Origin: Thermoanaerobaculia bacterium
GTDB taxonomy: Bacteria > Acidobacteriota > Thermoanaerobaculia > Multivoradales > Multivoraceae
Reading direction: 5' to 3'
DNA length: 64,000 nt
Assembly: GCA_963664405.1 (NCBI GenBank)
Contig: OY761158.1
Span: 736,001-800,000, forward strand
The translations under genes and the position numbers were made by a program. Numbering within the stretch: the first letter of the stretch is position 1; each line of letters opens with the position of its first letter. This document shows, piece after piece, positions 19,900-30,969 of the stretch. The notes beneath the pieces were generated by a model, which was given only the letters and a program-made list of their open reading frames with translations, had not been told where the DNA came from and ran no database searches.

Positions 19900-22800
19900 A
19901 TGGCGCTAGAAGCTGGCACTCGCCTCGGCCACTACGAAGTGGTCTCCTCGCTCGGTGCGGGGGGCATGGGAGAGGTGTACCGCGCTCGCGATGCCAACCT
20001 GGGTCGAGAAGTCGCCATCAAGGTTCTGCCCGAGGCGATGGTCCGTAATCCTGATCGGCTGGCCCGTTTCGAGCGCGAGGCCAGAGTGCTGGCTTCGCTC
20101 AACCATCCCCACATCGTCACGATCCATGCGGTCGAGGGCGAAGGCGAGCTGCGCTTTTTTGTGATGGAGCTGATCGAGGGACGGACTCTGGAGGCTGCTC
20201 TGCGTCGAGGTCCTTTCGATGCCGACGCTTTCGTCGAGACTGCCGTTCCGATCGTCGAGGCGCTTGCCGCGGCACATCAGCAGGGCGTCACCCACCGCGA
20301 CCTCAAACCGGCCAACGTCATGATCAATGAGTCTGGATGGGTCAAAGTGCTCGATTTCGGTCTTGCCAAGGAGGTCGCACCGAGCTCTCACTCGGCGAGC
20401 ACGGAGGCGACGACCGCCGGCATGACCGAGGTCGGCAAAGTCATGGGCACCGTGCCCTACATGTCCCCCGAGCAGCTACGAGGCCTGCAGGTGCAAGCCA
20501 CTTCGGACGTTTTCTCCCTGGGCGTCCTGCTCTACGAGATGGCGACAGGACGGCACCCCTTCCGGGGCGACAGCGACATCGACTTGGCGTCGGCGATCCT
20601 TCGCGACACTCCGCGAGCGGCGAGCGCTGTCGGGACACTGCTACCGGTAGAGCTCGACCCAATTCTGGCTCGCTGTCTCGAGAAGGACCCGAGGAAGCGC
20701 TTCCCGTCGGCAAGCGATCTTCTGGAGGCTTTGATGGAGCTTCGCGACGGCTCACCGGCAGGGGGCGTCGAGTTGGCGCGGATTCCCACGTCGGTATCCG
20801 CGGCGACGGTGTACCGCACACCGATGGTGGGCCGGCAGTCCGAAGCGGAGCAGCTACGCCAGGCACTGGAGCGGGCCTCGAACGGTCAGGGGGCGCTCGT
20901 GACCCTGGCTGGGGAGCCGGGCGTCGGGAAGACGCGGCTCGCGAGGGAGACGATCTCGCAGGCCCGCGAGCGGGGCTTCCTGGCTCTGGTGGGAAACTGC
21001 TACGAGGGCGAAGGAGTGCGGCCTTTCAGCCCCTGGGTCGAGATCCTCGACGCAACGGCGAGGGTGGCTCCCAAGGAAACACTACGCAGTCTTCTTGGAG
21101 ACGAAGCCTCCGAGATCGCCAAGATCTATCCGGGACTCAGACGCCTCTACCCCGACCTGCCGCCGCCGTTGGAGCTACCGCCGGAAGCCGAGCGCGGCTA
21201 CCTCTTCGACTGTTTTCGCGACTTCATCGAGCGCTCGAGTGAGCTTCAACCGCTGCTCCTGGTGCTCGAAGATCTGCACTGGGCGGACGAGCCGACACTC
21301 CTCTTGCTGCAGCATCTGGCTCAACGAGTCGCGCAGTTTCCGCTCCTGATCGTCGCCACGTATCGCGATGTCGAGCTCGATGTCGCGCGTCCTCTTGCAA
21401 GTAGCCTACGAGAGCTGGTGCGCGAGCGTCTGGTGGAGCGCATCTCGCTCGGGCGCCTATCCTTCTCTGCGGTGTCCGAGATGCTCGCGGCACTCAGCTC
21501 CCGAGAGCCGCCGGCTGACCTGGTCGCTGCCATTCACGGTGAGACGGAGGGCAACCCTTTCTTCGTAGAAGAGGTGTACGAGCACCTCGACGAGGAGGGT
21601 CGACTGTTCGACGACCAGGGTCAATGGCGAGACGGCCTGACGCTCGAGGATCTCGAGGTCCCCGAGGGAGTCCGACTGGTCGTCGGTCGCCGTCTGGAGC
21701 GACTCCCCGAGGACGGTCGCCGGATCCTGGCGACGGCTGCGGTGATCGGACGCAGTTTCTCCTACAGCCTCGTGAGTGCCGCTTGTGAGGCGGAGCCCGA
21801 CCTTCTGTTGGAGGACATCGAGGCCGCCGAGGCGCTGCATCTGATCGAGCGCACGAAGAGTGCCTCGCCGCGGGAAGCCCGCTACCAGTTTGGGCACGAG
21901 CTGATCCGACAGACTCTTCTCCAGGGGCTGTCAATGCCTCGCCGCCAGCAGATCCACCATCAGGTCGCAGAAGCGATGGAGGCTCTCTACGCCGGAGCTC
22001 TCGACGAGCATGCCGCAGCGATGGCTCACCACCTCTATCAGGCGGGCGCGATGATCGAAGAGGATCGGGCCCTTCACTTCTTCACTCTCGCGGCCGACCA
22101 GGCCCTGGCGGCCGGCGGTTTCGAGCAGGCTGTGGAGCAGTTAGACCTTGCCCTGTCGTTGCGAGCTGCCGAACGTGCACAGCAGATCGACCTGCTCTGG
22201 AAGCGCGGTCGGGCGAGAAAAAGCCTCGGCTTGTTTGCGGAGGCTCTGGCGGATTGGAAACAGGCTCTGACATTGTGCGAGCAGGGCGCGGATCCGGCGA
22301 CCGTCGCACGCATCTCCTGGGATCTCTCACTTCAACTCGGCTGGCAAGCCGAGCCGGCCGAGATGGTGGAGGAGTCTCAGCGCGGCCTGAGACTGATGGG
22401 CGAAGCGCAGGGGCCGGAGCGCTGCCGCCTCCTGGCCATGGCGGGGATGGCGTTGGCGTTCGATCGGCAGTTCGAAGAAGGGGATGCGCTGATTGCCGAG
22501 GCGATCCCGATGGCTGAGAGTCTGGGAGATCCTGCTCTGCTCGGCCACGCCAGGCTGATGAGTTCATACATTTATTGGCACTCGATGCGCATGCCCCAAT
22601 TGGTGTCGAACAGCGAGCAAGCGATCGAGATTCTGAAAGGCACCAACGATCCTAGGAGCCTGATTGACGCCCGTGCCTACCTCGCGTTCGGCAAACTCGC
22701 CATGGGCTGCTCGAACGTGGACACGTCAGAGTTCGAAGAGGCAGCGCTGCGACTCGGAAGTCACGGGGACCACTACATATTCCTGATGGTTCGAGCTCAG

Positions 22801-23526
22801 TCGGCGTGGATGCAGAGCGCCGATATCGATCGCTTCGACGGGCTTATCGAGGAAGCATTCGGTCTCCCTGACATGCCTTGGCATCTGTTCGCGCGAGGGT
22901 GGCGTGGTTTGGCTGCGTTCTGGAGAGGCGACTGGGAGACTGCGTACGAGCTTCTGGCTGAAGCCGTGATAGGAGAGCCGGTCGGGGCGCTCTACGGCGT
23001 CACCACGTCCTCGTTGCTCCTCGTCTCCGGCTATCTCGGTCGACGAAGCGAGGTGCTCGCCCTCTATGACTCGGAAGACGCCCTTCCTCGAGGCTCCGGC
23101 CCGAACGCCAACGGCGCCTGGTGCGTGCTACTGGGCGCTACAGAGGCGCTCGCCATCCTGGGAGAGCGAGACCGGGCCGCTGAGCTCTACTCGATGCTCG
23201 AGAGAGCCATCGATACCGGCACGCTCATCCCGCCTTACGTTCCGCGGCTCCTGCAGACGACTGCCGGCATCGGGGCCTCCTGCCTGCGCGATTGGGACCG
23301 CGCTGAAGGGCACTTCCGGAAGGCTCTCGAACAAGCCGAGAGAATCCCTTTCAAGAGTGAGCAGGCGGACGCCCGTCGTTGGTACGCGGATATGCTCCTC
23401 GAACGCGGCGCCCCCGACGACACGGCTCGGGCGCATCGGCTCCTGGAAGAGGCGCGCACCATTTACGAGCAGATCGGGATGCCCAGACACGTCGGCCTCA
23501 CGGAAGATCTGCTTGCCAGGGTCTGA
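19900..23526 (+). CDS. Ser/Thr protein kinase 2 fused to AAA/STAND ATPase and TPR-like region
   Basis: Kinase motifs; Walker A GEPGVGKT, Walker [14 protein letters not shown]; helical C-terminus. Confidence 0.95.
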   Translation: MALEAGTRLGHYEVVSSLGAGGMGEVYRARDANLGREVAIKVLPEAMVRNPDRLARFEREARVLASLNHPHIVTIHAVEGEGELRFFVMELIEGRTLEAALRRGPFDADAFVETAVPIVEALAAAHQQGVTHRDLKPANVMINESGWVKVLDFGLAKEVAPSSHSASTEATTAGMTEVGKVMGTVPYMSPEQLRGLQVQATSDVFSLGVLLYEMATGRHPFRGDSDIDLASAILRDTPRAASAVGTLLPVELDPILARCLEKDPRKRFPSASDLLEALMELRDGSPAGGVELARIPTSVSAATVYRTPMVGRQSEAEQLRQALERASNGQGALVTLAGEPGVGKTRLARETISQARERGFLALVGNCYEGEGVRPFSPWVEILDATARVAPKETLRSLLGDEASEIAKIYPGLRRLYPDLPPPLELPPEAERGYLFDCFRDFIERSSELQPLLLVLEDLHWADEPTLLLLQHLAQRVAQFPLLIVATYRDVELDVARPLASSLRELVRERLVERISLGRLSFSAVSEMLAALSSREPPADLVAAIHGETEGNPFFVEEVYEHLDEEGRLFDDQGQWRDGLTLEDLEVPEGVRLVVGRRLERLPEDGRRILATAAVIGRSFSYSLVSAACEAEPDLLLEDIEAAEALHLIERTKSASPREARYQFGHELIRQTLLQGLSMPRRQQIHHQVAEAMEALYAGALDEHAAAMAHHLYQAGAMIEEDRALHFFTLAADQALAAGGFEQAVEQLDLALSLRAAERAQQIDLLWKRGRARKSLGLFAEALADWKQALTLCEQGADPATVARISWDLSLQLGWQAEPAEMVEESQRGLRLMGEAQGPERCRLLAMAGMALAFDRQFEEGDALIAEAIPMAESLGDPALLGHARLMSSYIYWHSMRMPQLVSNSEQAIEILKGTNDPRSLIDARAYLAFGKLAMGCSNVDTSEFEEAALRLGSHGDHYIFLMVRAQSAWMQSADIDRFDGLIEEAFGLPDMPWHLFARGWRGLAAFWRGDWETAYELLAEAVIGEPVGALYGVTTSSLLLVSGYLGRRSEVLALYDSEDALPRGSGPNANGAWCVLLGATEALAILGERDRAAELYSMLERAIDTGTLIPPYVPRLLQTTAGIGASCLRDWDRAEGHFRKALEQAERIPFKSEQADARRWYADMLLERGAPDDTARAHRLLEEARTIYEQIGMPRHVGLTEDLLARV

Positions 23527-23556
23527 AGAGCCGGCGCGGCGCAAGTCGGACGAGAC

Positions 23557-23707
23557 TGTCGCATTTGGTGGCGCACTGCGACAGCCATAGCTCGATCCGC
23601 ATAAGCCCTCGCTGAGCGCTTTTGTCGTCTTTCTGGGTGAGGTGCGACAGCACAGATCGAGCTCTGAGCCGCTGATCCACCGGGCGACTGTAAGATGTCG
23701 CCAAGTC
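23557..23707 (+). repeat. Full repeat unit
   Basis: Boxes at 23557 and 23623; ATAGC..ATAAG linker; conserved leader. Confidence 0.92.
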
Positions 23708-26368
23708 ATGGCTCTAGAACCAGGCTCCCGCCTCGGTCCCTACGAGATCGTCGAGCTGCGCGGCAAGGGCGGCATGGGTGAGGTGTACCTGGGCCGCGAC
23801 ACACGCCTGGAGCGGGATGTCGCCATCAAGGTGCTACCTGAGGATCTCGGGCAGGACACGCTCTACCGCCAGCGGCTGGAGCGTGAAGCGAAGAGCCTCT
23901 CGCAGCTGAGCCATCCCCATATCTGCACGCTTCACGACATTGGCAGCGAAGACGGTGTCGATTACCTGGTCATGGAGTACCTGGAGGGCGAGACTCTCGA
24001 GGATCGGCTCCGACGCGGCGCTATGCCCCTGGATGAGGTCGCGACGATCGGATCGCAGATCGCCGAGGCCATCGATGCCGCCCATCGTCACGGAGTAGTC
24101 CACCGGGACCTCAAACCTGGCAATGTCATGCTGACCCGAGACGGAGCCAAGGTTCTGGACTTCGGCCTCGCCAAGGGCGTGGTTCACGCCGGACTGGCCG
24201 TGGGGGATACACAGACCCCGACCGTCACGCAGCCCCTGACCGGCGAAGGCTCGATCCTGGGGACGCTCCAGTACATGGCCCCGGAGCAGCTCGAAGGCAA
24301 GGAGGCCGACGAGCGCTCGGACATCTGGGGGCTGGGTGCTGTCCTCTACGAGATGGTGACGGGAGCGCGACCCTTTGCCGGGGAATCCCAGGTGAGGCTC
24401 ATGGCCGCCATCATGACCAGCGAGCCGGAGCCGTTACGGGAGCGGCGGCCAGTGGCTCCCGATCGCCTCGACTGGCTGGTGAGCCGCTGTCTCGAGAAGG
24501 CCCCAGAGCGTCGCTGGCATTCCGCCCACGACCTTGCCCTCGAGCTCGAGGCCCTTACCGATAAGCCCGAGACCGAGACGGAGCCTGCCAAGCGTCAGGT
24601 ATCGGCGGTCCTCGCCGGTGCCCTCGGCCTCCTCGCCCTCGTCCTGATCCTCGTTCTCGTCCTCGGCTACGTCCTGCCCCGGGGCGGAGGCGATGCGACC
24701 AGCGACGCTGCCTCGGGCGACACCTGGACGGTCACGGCTCTCGACCTCGAGGCAGCTCCGGATCAGCCCTTCGTGCTCTCTCCGGACGGTCGGATGGTGG
24801 TCTTCAGTCGTCGCGAGGGAGCCGAGACCAGCCTCTACCGGCGCGCTCTCGACTCCCTGGTCGCCGAGCGCATCTCCGGCAGTGACGGTGCCCTCAGCCC
24901 GATCTTCTCGCCCGACGGCAAACAGCTTGCCTTCGTGGACGCCGGGGGCAGTCTGAAGACGCTTCCCGTGGGGGGCGGAGGCGCCAGCACTCTGGTGGAC
25001 GGGATCTTCACAGCCGGTGTCTGGGGGCGCGATGGCTTCCTCTACTACACGCTTGGCTTCGGCAGCTCCACGTCTCTTGAGCTATGGCGGATTCCGGCGG
25101 GTGGGGGCGTCCCCGAGCAGGTGGGGCATGGCTTCGGCACCGCGCTTCTGCCTGGTGAGAGGGTCGCCTTGACTTTCATGAGATCCGAGCGTCCGGACCT
25201 CTTCTGGAGCGATGTTCGGGCGGTGGACCTTGAGACCGGCCAGGAACGGGTTCTGGTCCCTGGGGCGCAGCCGTTCTATCTCGATCCCGGGGTTTTGGTC
25301 TTCTATCGCGAGGGCGGACTGTGGGCAGCGCCGATCGATCCCGAGACCGGCGACCTCCTCGGCCCGGCGCGTCAGGTCGAGAACGAGGTGGCCCCGGTCC
25401 TCGTCGGTGGCACCGATCTCGGCCGCTTCTGGCTCGCAGATTCGGGCGACCTGCTCTACGTTCTCGGGAGTCGGAGTGTGGCCCGCCTGGTTTGGGTGAG
25501 TCGGGACGGCCGGGATATCGAGGAGGTGGCGCCGGAGAGTAAGCCTTTCGGGTTGCCGCGACATTCCCTGGACTGGCGCCGGATCTCGGTGGGCGCCCTT
25601 GACGCCAAGGGGTATTACGAGCAGTGGATGCTCGACCTCGAGACCGGCTCCTGGACCCGCCCGACCCAGGAGGGGAATCGCAACCTTGGCGCGATGTGGG
25701 TGCCCACCGACGGCCAGGAGATCGTCTTCATGTCGGATCGCTTCGAGGGGCGCTTTCAGCTCTACATCCAGCCCGCCGATCGCGGGGCCCCGGCGGAGCG
25801 TCTCGTACCGTCGGAGCACAACCAAGCCCCGCTCGACTTCTCCCCTGACGGGCGCTACATGCTCTACACGGGCCTCCTCGATGTCAACGGGCTCTGGGTC
25901 TTCGACCGGGAGAGCGGGGAATCCGAGACCCTCCTCGAGGGGAACGTGCTCGGCGCCGCCCGCTTCCACCCCACCGGACGTTGGATCGCTTACTCGATGG
26001 GGGTTCAGAGCGAGCAGAACGTCTGGATCCGGCCCTTCCCCGGTCCCGGCGAGCCGCGCCAGCTCACCTTCGACGGCGGCCAGGAGGCGAGCTTCTCCCC
26101 CGAAGGCAGCGAGATCCTCTACCGCAGCCCGACCCACATGATGACGCTCCCGATCGAGATCTCCGGCGAGCGCTTCGTCACCCGCCGTCCCGAGCCACTC
26201 TTCGTGGATGATTACCTGCGCATACCCATGAGCTACCAGAACTACACCGTCCACCCCGACGGTCGCTTCCTCATGATCCAGGCGGCAGAGGCCGAGGAGG
26301 AGCGTCTAGTCTTCATCCAGAACTGGCGGGCCAAGGTGCTCGAGATGTTCTCCGAGGGGAGCTCGTGA
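23708..26368 (+). CDS. Ser/Thr protein kinase 3 with TM and beta-propeller
   Basis: Start MALEPGSRLGPYEI at 23708, by analogy to the paralogs; kinase motifs; SPDG repeats. Confidence 0.95.
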   Translation: MALEPGSRLGPYEIVELRGKGGMGEVYLGRDTRLERDVAIKVLPEDLGQDTLYRQRLEREAKSLSQLSHPHICTLHDIGSEDGVDYLVMEYLEGETLEDRLRRGAMPLDEVATIGSQIAEAIDAAHRHGVVHRDLKPGNVMLTRDGAKVLDFGLAKGVVHAGLAVGDTQTPTVTQPLTGEGSILGTLQYMAPEQLEGKEADERSDIWGLGAVLYEMVTGARPFAGESQVRLMAAIMTSEPEPLRERRPVAPDRLDWLVSRCLEKAPERRWHSAHDLALELEALTDKPETETEPAKRQVSAVLAGALGLLALVLILVLVLGYVLPRGGGDATSDAASGDTWTVTALDLEAAPDQPFVLSPDGRMVVFSRREGAETSLYRRALDSLVAERISGSDGALSPIFSPDGKQLAFVDAGGSLKTLPVGGGGASTLVDGIFTAGVWGRDGFLYYTLGFGSSTSLELWRIPAGGGVPEQVGHGFGTALLPGERVALTFMRSERPDLFWSDVRAVDLETGQERVLVPGAQPFYLDPGVLVFYREGGLWAAPIDPETGDLLGPARQVENEVAPVLVGGTDLGRFWLADSGDLLYVLGSRSVARLVWVSRDGRDIEEVAPESKPFGLPRHSLDWRRISVGALDAKGYYEQWMLDLETGSWTRPTQEGNRNLGAMWVPTDGQEIVFMSDRFEGRFQLYIQPADRGAPAERLVPSEHNQAPLDFSPDGRYMLYTGLLDVNGLWVFDRESGESETLLEGNVLGAARFHPTGRWIAYSMGVQSEQNVWIRPFPGPGEPRQLTFDGGQEASFSPEGSEILYRSPTHMMTLPIEISGERFVTRRPEPLFVDDYLRIPMSYQNYTVHPDGRFLMIQAAEAEEERLVFIQNWRAKVLEMFSEGSS

Positions 26369-26377
26369 GCGAGAGTC

Positions 26378-26531
26378 TGTCGCTTTTGGTGGCGGACTAC
26401 GACACGAATAGCCAAGTGTCGATAGCCTCCAGAGAAAGGCCGTCTGTCGTACTTCTCGGTGCTTTGCGACACCCACAAAGCGATCGGCGAGCAGCTGATC
26501 CCACCGGCGACGGGTAAGATGTCGCCAAGTC
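26378..26531 (+). repeat. Full repeat unit
   Basis: Boxes at 26378 and 26445; leader CTGATCCCACCGGCGACGGGTAAGATGTCGCCAAGTC. Confidence 0.9.
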
Positions 26532-26585
26532 ATGGCTCTAGAAGGTGGCACTCGGCTCGGCGACTACGAAGTGGTCGCTCGCTGA
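26532..26585 (+). pseudogene. Kinase 5' stub (MALEGGTRLGDYEVVAR*)
   Basis: Direct translation; near-identical to the first codons of kinases 1, 2 and 4. Confidence 0.85.
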
Positions 26586-26636
26586 GGCAGTCATAAATGC
26601 CATTATGAAGGGCCGCAACGCCGAAAGGAGGTCCCG

Positions 26637-27278
26637 ATGGCGGACGAGTGGGAATTCAAGACTGAGACCTACGATAATTGCAATTGCGCCGTGAACTGTG
26701 GGTGCCAATTCAACTTGCCCACTACCCATGGCTATTGTCAGACGGCCTATTTCGGCACCGTGGTTGAAGGGCATTTCAATGGGACGCCGCTCGCGGGCCT
26801 CAGGTGGGCGGGGCTCTGGAAATGGCCGGGGGAAGTCGCGGCGGGCAACGGCACGCGCCTCATCGTCATCGATGAGCGGGCGGATGACGCGCAACGGGTG
26901 GCGCTCGAAACGATTGTCGCAGGCGAGGCCTGCGCCCCCCTGAGCAACGTTTTCTCCGTGTACGGCTCTTGTTGCACCGAATTTTTGGACACCGCGTTCC
27001 TACCCATCGAGTTCGAGGCGGACTTCGAGCACCGTACCGCCAAGGCCCACATCCCGGGCATCCTGACCAGCCAGGGAAGACCGATGATCAATGAATTCAG
27101 TGGCGAACCGTTTCACGTGGCGCTGGCCCGCCCAAGTGGGGGCGTCGAGTTTACGTACGCGGAACTCGGCCTGGGAACGACCACAGTGGGCGGGGGCCTG
27201 GACATGGCGTACGCCGATTCCTTTGCCATGTTTTGCGTGCTCCACTTCAATCAGGATGGCCTGATCCGGCCGACATGA
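26637..27278 (+). CDS. DUF1326 family protein, copy 1
   Basis: NCNCAVNCGCQFNLP..HGYC motif; AGGAGG RBS. Confidence 0.85.
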   Translation: MADEWEFKTETYDNCNCAVNCGCQFNLPTTHGYCQTAYFGTVVEGHFNGTPLAGLRWAGLWKWPGEVAAGNGTRLIVIDERADDAQRVALETIVAGEACAPLSNVFSVYGSCCTEFLDTAFLPIEFEADFEHRTAKAHIPGILTSQGRPMINEFSGEPFHVALARPSGGVEFTYAELGLGTTTVGGGLDMAYADSFAMFCVLHFNQDGLIRPT

Positions 27279-27484
27279 GGGTGGGCCGCCGGGTGGCCGT
27301 CGACGAGACACTCGAGCGATGGGTCGAGAACGGACGAGCGCCCGATCAGATCCTCGCTTCCCACGCCCTCGGCACGATCGGGATGCGCTCACGGCCGCTG
27401 TGCCCGTACCCGGAACTGGCCATCTACAACGGATCGGGTAGCACCGACGACGCTCGAAACTTCGAATGCCGACTAAACCCCTGA
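27275..27484 (+). pseudogene. Chimera: DUF2182 start fused to tannase/feruloyl-esterase C-terminus
   Basis: First 14 codons match the DUF2182 start at 30966; then LERWVENGRAPD..RSRPLCPYP..YNGSGSTDDARNFEC. Confidence 0.75.
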
Positions 27485-27493
27485 GCTAATCGG

Positions 27494-27542
27494 TGTCGCG
27501 ATTCGTGGCGAGAGGCGACAGGAATAGCTTGAGCCGCATAAG
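27494..27542 (+). repeat. Box A + linker
   Basis: TGTCGcgattcgtGGCGagaggCGACAggaATAGC..cATAAG, 10 nt after a stop codon. Confidence 0.88.
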
Positions 27543-27559
27543 CTTGTTGCGTCCCAAGA

Positions 27560-29797
27560 TCAGCGAAACACGTCGAAGAGACGGCTGTACTTGAGGACCA
27601 GGGAGCGGTCTGGCTTCGGCTGGGCCAAATGACCGAACCCCGCGACCTCGTTGTAGACCACGAACAGTCCCGTATTGGCAGCGCCGAGCCAGCTGAAACG
27701 CAGATTGGTGGAGACGTCGTCCGTGACGTCGTTGTACTGAATCAGCGCCTGCAGCAATACTCTGGTGCTGAAGGCGAAGGTCACACGAAGCCGGCCGAGG
27801 TTGGTCTTGAACGCCCCTGTCTCGAGATCGACGTCGTTGTGGGACCAGCCGAGCTCGGAGCTCAGGTAGTCGCTGAGACGAAAGTTGACGGTGGGGTTCA
27901 GCGACAGTTGGTTGCCGTTGAAGAAGCCGCCGCCCTGGATGAACCCGCCGAGACTGATGGCGCGGCCTCGGTTGGTGCTGAACAAGATGAAGAAGGTGTC
28001 GTTGGCGTAGCTGCCGGACGGGACCACTACCCCGTCAAAGATCTCGAAGGGTTCCTGCAGCCGCTCGAGCTGCTGACCCACGAAGAGATTGATGCGCGCG
28101 CCGCTGCGAAGCTCCATCTCACCACCGAACGAATACCTCTCGCTTTCGTGAAAGCCGGTGAACTTCCAGTAGCTGTCGTAGAAGAACGAGGGTCCGAGCT
28201 CCTTGATCCGTCCCTGCCCGCTGGGACGAAAGCGACGCTGGAGCCGACTGTTGAGCCGCCGATAGTCCGACCGGTTCACAAAGCCCACCTCCGGGTTGAA
28301 CTCGGCTCCGACCTCCGAGTAGCCGGCTCTCAGGCGCCACGACGGCGAGTTGAAGTTCGAGTCGAGACCGAAGGCGCGGTCGCGGCCTTCGAGTCCCGGG
28401 GTCTCGGTCTTGGCCGCCCAGCCCGACAGATCGGTGTACTGACCGATACCGAGCTGACCGTCGACCCCGAACGTGCGGTTGTGATCGCCGTCGGGCGCCA
28501 GCGAGCCCGTCCCCTGTCGGTTGACCACCATGACTCCCGCCCGGCCACGGTTGCGAAACTCGCGACTGAGGCGGCCGACGGTAAAGTTGTTGGCGTGGAG
28601 GTCCTGATGGTCTTCGGTCTGCATACTGAGGAAGCCCACGTTCAGTCCGGCGGCCTTTCCTGAAAGCCGTACCCCGCCGACGATGGGCACCCGCTCCCCA
28701 TCGTCGAGGCCGATCCGACGGCTGAAGAAGAGGTCGACATTGCCCGATCCTGGACCTCCCCCGCGGGGCGTACCGATCTTGAACAGGCCGGCGTTCTCGA
28801 GGAAGAACGGCCTCTTTTCCGGGAAGAGCAGGCTGAAGCGGTCGAGGTTAATCTGTTGGTCGTCCACCTCGACCTGGGCGAAGTCGGTGTTGACCGTCAC
28901 GTCGAGGGTGAGGCTCGGGGTGATGCCGTACTTGAGGTCCAAGCCGCCCTCGGTCGAGCTGTTGCGCTCCGTGAGGCCGTCGTCGCGGACCTCGGTCAGT
29001 GCGTACGGAATGACCTGCAGATTGCGCTGCTTGGGCGTCTCGATTCCGACCAGTGTGCCGGCCGCCGATATCCGGAAGAGATCGAACTCCCGGCCCAGCG
29101 GGGCCCAGAACACGGTCTCGGTCTTGCGCCGGATGTTGCGCTCGAAATTGATGCCCCAGGTCGAACCGCCCGAGCCGTAACGCAGGCTTCGAAACGGGAT
29201 GGCCAGCTCGGCACTCCAGCCTACGTCGCCCGTCTTCGAGCGAACGGTCCAGGAGGTGTCCCAGTCGAGGTTGGCGGAGCCGCCTTGCCGCCGACCCGAG
29301 CCACGGCGGCGACTGCCGCCTCCGGTACGCCCCTCGTTGGTCACCTGGCCGTCGTACTGGATGCCCGCCAGGTTCGTACCGAAGACGAAGCCGTTCTGGC
29401 GGTCATGAAAGGTGTCGAGGACGACCCGGAAGCTGTCTTCCTCCTCCAAGTTCGCATCTCGCCGGCTGTCGGAGACGGCCAGCGAGCCGGCCTCGGAGTC
29501 GTAGCAGACGACAGCGATGTACAGCATCTGGTCGTCGAAGGCGACCCGCACCTCGGTCCTCTCACTCGCGGGTTGACCCTCGAAGGGCTGTACCTGCACG
29601 AATCCGGTCGCCACCTCCACTTCTTCCCAGATGGCCTCGGAGAGGACTTCCCCGTCCACCTGGGGCGCGGTCGCCAGTCGATACGCCTGGAGCTGGGGTC
29701 TCCCGCGCTCCTGCGCTTCGACAGACCCGAGCGGCGTCACGAGTACTTGTATGCCGACCAGAACGACGTAGGGCCTGATGAGCCTTGTGTGTCGCAT
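27560..29797 (-). CDS. CBM9-like + DUF5916 outer-membrane protein
   Basis: VLDTFHDRQNG, NTDFAQVEVDD, FPEKRPFFLE; beta-barrel-like C-terminus. Confidence 0.85.
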   Translation of the reverse strand: MRHTRLIRPYVVLVGIQVLVTPLGSVEAQERGRPQLQAYRLATAPQVDGEVLSEAIWEEVEVATGFVQVQPFEGQPASERTEVRVAFDDQMLYIAVVCYDSEAGSLAVSDSRRDANLEEEDSFRVVLDTFHDRQNGFVFGTNLAGIQYDGQVTNEGRTGGGSRRRGSGRRQGGSANLDWDTSWTVRSKTGDVGWSAELAIPFRSLRYGSGGSTWGINFERNIRRKTETVFWAPLGREFDLFRISAAGTLVGIETPKQRNLQVIPYALTEVRDDGLTERNSSTEGGLDLKYGITPSLTLDVTVNTDFAQVEVDDQQINLDRFSLLFPEKRPFFLENAGLFKIGTPRGGGPGSGNVDLFFSRRIGLDDGERVPIVGGVRLSGKAAGLNVGFLSMQTEDHQDLHANNFTVGRLSREFRNRGRAGVMVVNRQGTGSLAPDGDHNRTFGVDGQLGIGQYTDLSGWAAKTETPGLEGRDRAFGLDSNFNSPSWRLRAGYSEVGAEFNPEVGFVNRSDYRRLNSRLQRRFRPSGQGRIKELGPSFFYDSYWKFTGFHESERYSFGGEMELRSGARINLFVGQQLERLQEPFEIFDGVVVPSGSYANDTFFILFSTNRGRAISLGGFIQGGGFFNGNQLSLNPTVNFRLSDYLSSELGWSHNDVDLETGAFKTNLGRLRVTFAFSTRVLLQALIQYNDVTDDVSTNLRFSWLGAANTGLFVVYNEVAGFGHLAQPKPDRSLVLKYSRLFDVFR

Positions 29798-29985
29798 GGG
29801 CTCTAAACTGCCTCGGAGGCTAGTCAGCTCCCCCGTAGCCAATACGGCAAGGACTGATCGAACCGGCGTTCTGGAAATCGCGGGCGAGAATCATAGTTGT
29901 CAGCCAGCAGAACCACCAACCAAAGGCGTACCTCTCAGGTCCTCGACCCTTGCGGAGCGGCCTCCCTGCTATCGACTGAGTGTCG

Positions 29986-30128
29986 TGTCGCAGAATACAG
30001 CGCACTACGACAGCTATAGCTGAAGTTCGATAAGAGCCGAGAAACGCGCTCGTGTCGCGATTCTGGGTGGACTGCGACACCGCGAACCGATGATCACCAT
30101 GGGCGAGGAGTAGAATCCTCTCTACCTC
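29986..30128 (+). repeat. Full repeat unit, divergent leader
   Basis: Boxes at 29986 and 30053; TAGAAT before the stub ATG. Confidence 0.85.
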
Positions 30129-30218
30129 ATGGCGCTAGAAGCAGGCACCCGTCTGGGCCACTACGAGGTGGTCTCTTCCCTCGGTGCAGGGGGCATTGAT
30201 CGCCTCGCCAAGCGCTAG
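30129..30218 (+). pseudogene. Kinase 5' stub ([29 protein letters not shown])
   Basis: First 22 aa identical to kinase 2. Confidence 0.88.
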
Positions 30219-30327
30219 GCACCACTTCAGCCCCCAGAACTTCGACGTAACGTGGGAAGCCACCGGGAGGACCCGCCGCTTCTCAAAATGCCACTAAGAT
30301 GGGCCGTAGCGCCGAAAGGAGGTCCCG

Positions 30328-30969
30328 ATGGTGGACGAGTGGGAGTTCAAGACTGAGACCTACGATAATTGCAATTGCGCCGTGAACTGTGGGTGCCAAT
30401 TCAACTTGCCCAGCACCCATGGCTATTGTCAGACGGCTTATGTCGGCACCGTAGTTGAAGGCCATTTCAACGGGACGCCGCTCGCGGGCCTCAGGTGGGC
30501 GGGGCTGTGGAAATGGCCGGGGGAAATCGCGGCGGGCAACGGTACGCGCCTCATCGTCATCGATGAGCAGGCGGATGACGCGCAGCGGGGGTCGCTCGAG
30601 ACGATTATCTCGGGCGAGGCCTGCGTCCCCCTGAGTAATGTCTTCTCCGTGTACGGCTCTTGTTGCACCGAATTCTTGGACACCGTGTTCCTACCCATCG
30701 AGCTCGAGGCGGACTTCGAGCGCCGTACCGCCACAGCCCACATCCCGGGCATCCTGACCAGCCAGGGCCGACCGCTGATCAATGAGTTCAGTGGCGAACC
30801 GTTTCACGTTGCGCTCGCCCGCCCAAGTGGGAGCGTCGAGTTTACGTACGCGGAACTCGGCCTGGGCACGAGCACGGTGGGCGGGGGTATGGACATGGCG
30901 TACGCCGATTCCTTTGCCATGTTTTGCGTGCTCCACTTCAATCAAGAAGGCCTGATCCGGCCGACATGA
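30328..30969 (+). CDS. DUF1326 family protein, copy 2
   Basis: Near-identical to 26637-27278. Confidence 0.85.
   Translation: MVDEWEFKTETYDNCNCAVNCGCQFNLPSTHGYCQTAYVGTVVEGHFNGTPLAGLRWAGLWKWPGEIAAGNGTRLIVIDEQADDAQRGSLETIISGEACVPLSNVFSVYGSCCTEFLDTVFLPIELEADFERRTATAHIPGILTSQGRPLINEFSGEPFHVALARPSGSVEFTYAELGLGTSTVGGGMDMAYADSFAMFCVLHFNQEGLIRPT

Noticed and set aside
23584-23620. dif/pdif (XerCD) site suggested by CGCATAA
   Set aside because: No TTATG XerD arm after a 6-bp spacer in the copies inspected.
23642-23707. Upstream in-frame extensions and recurrent short ORFs (MATSYSRP...) across the repeat
   Set aside because: These are translations of the non-coding repeat; the paralogous start is the ATG after CCAAGTC.
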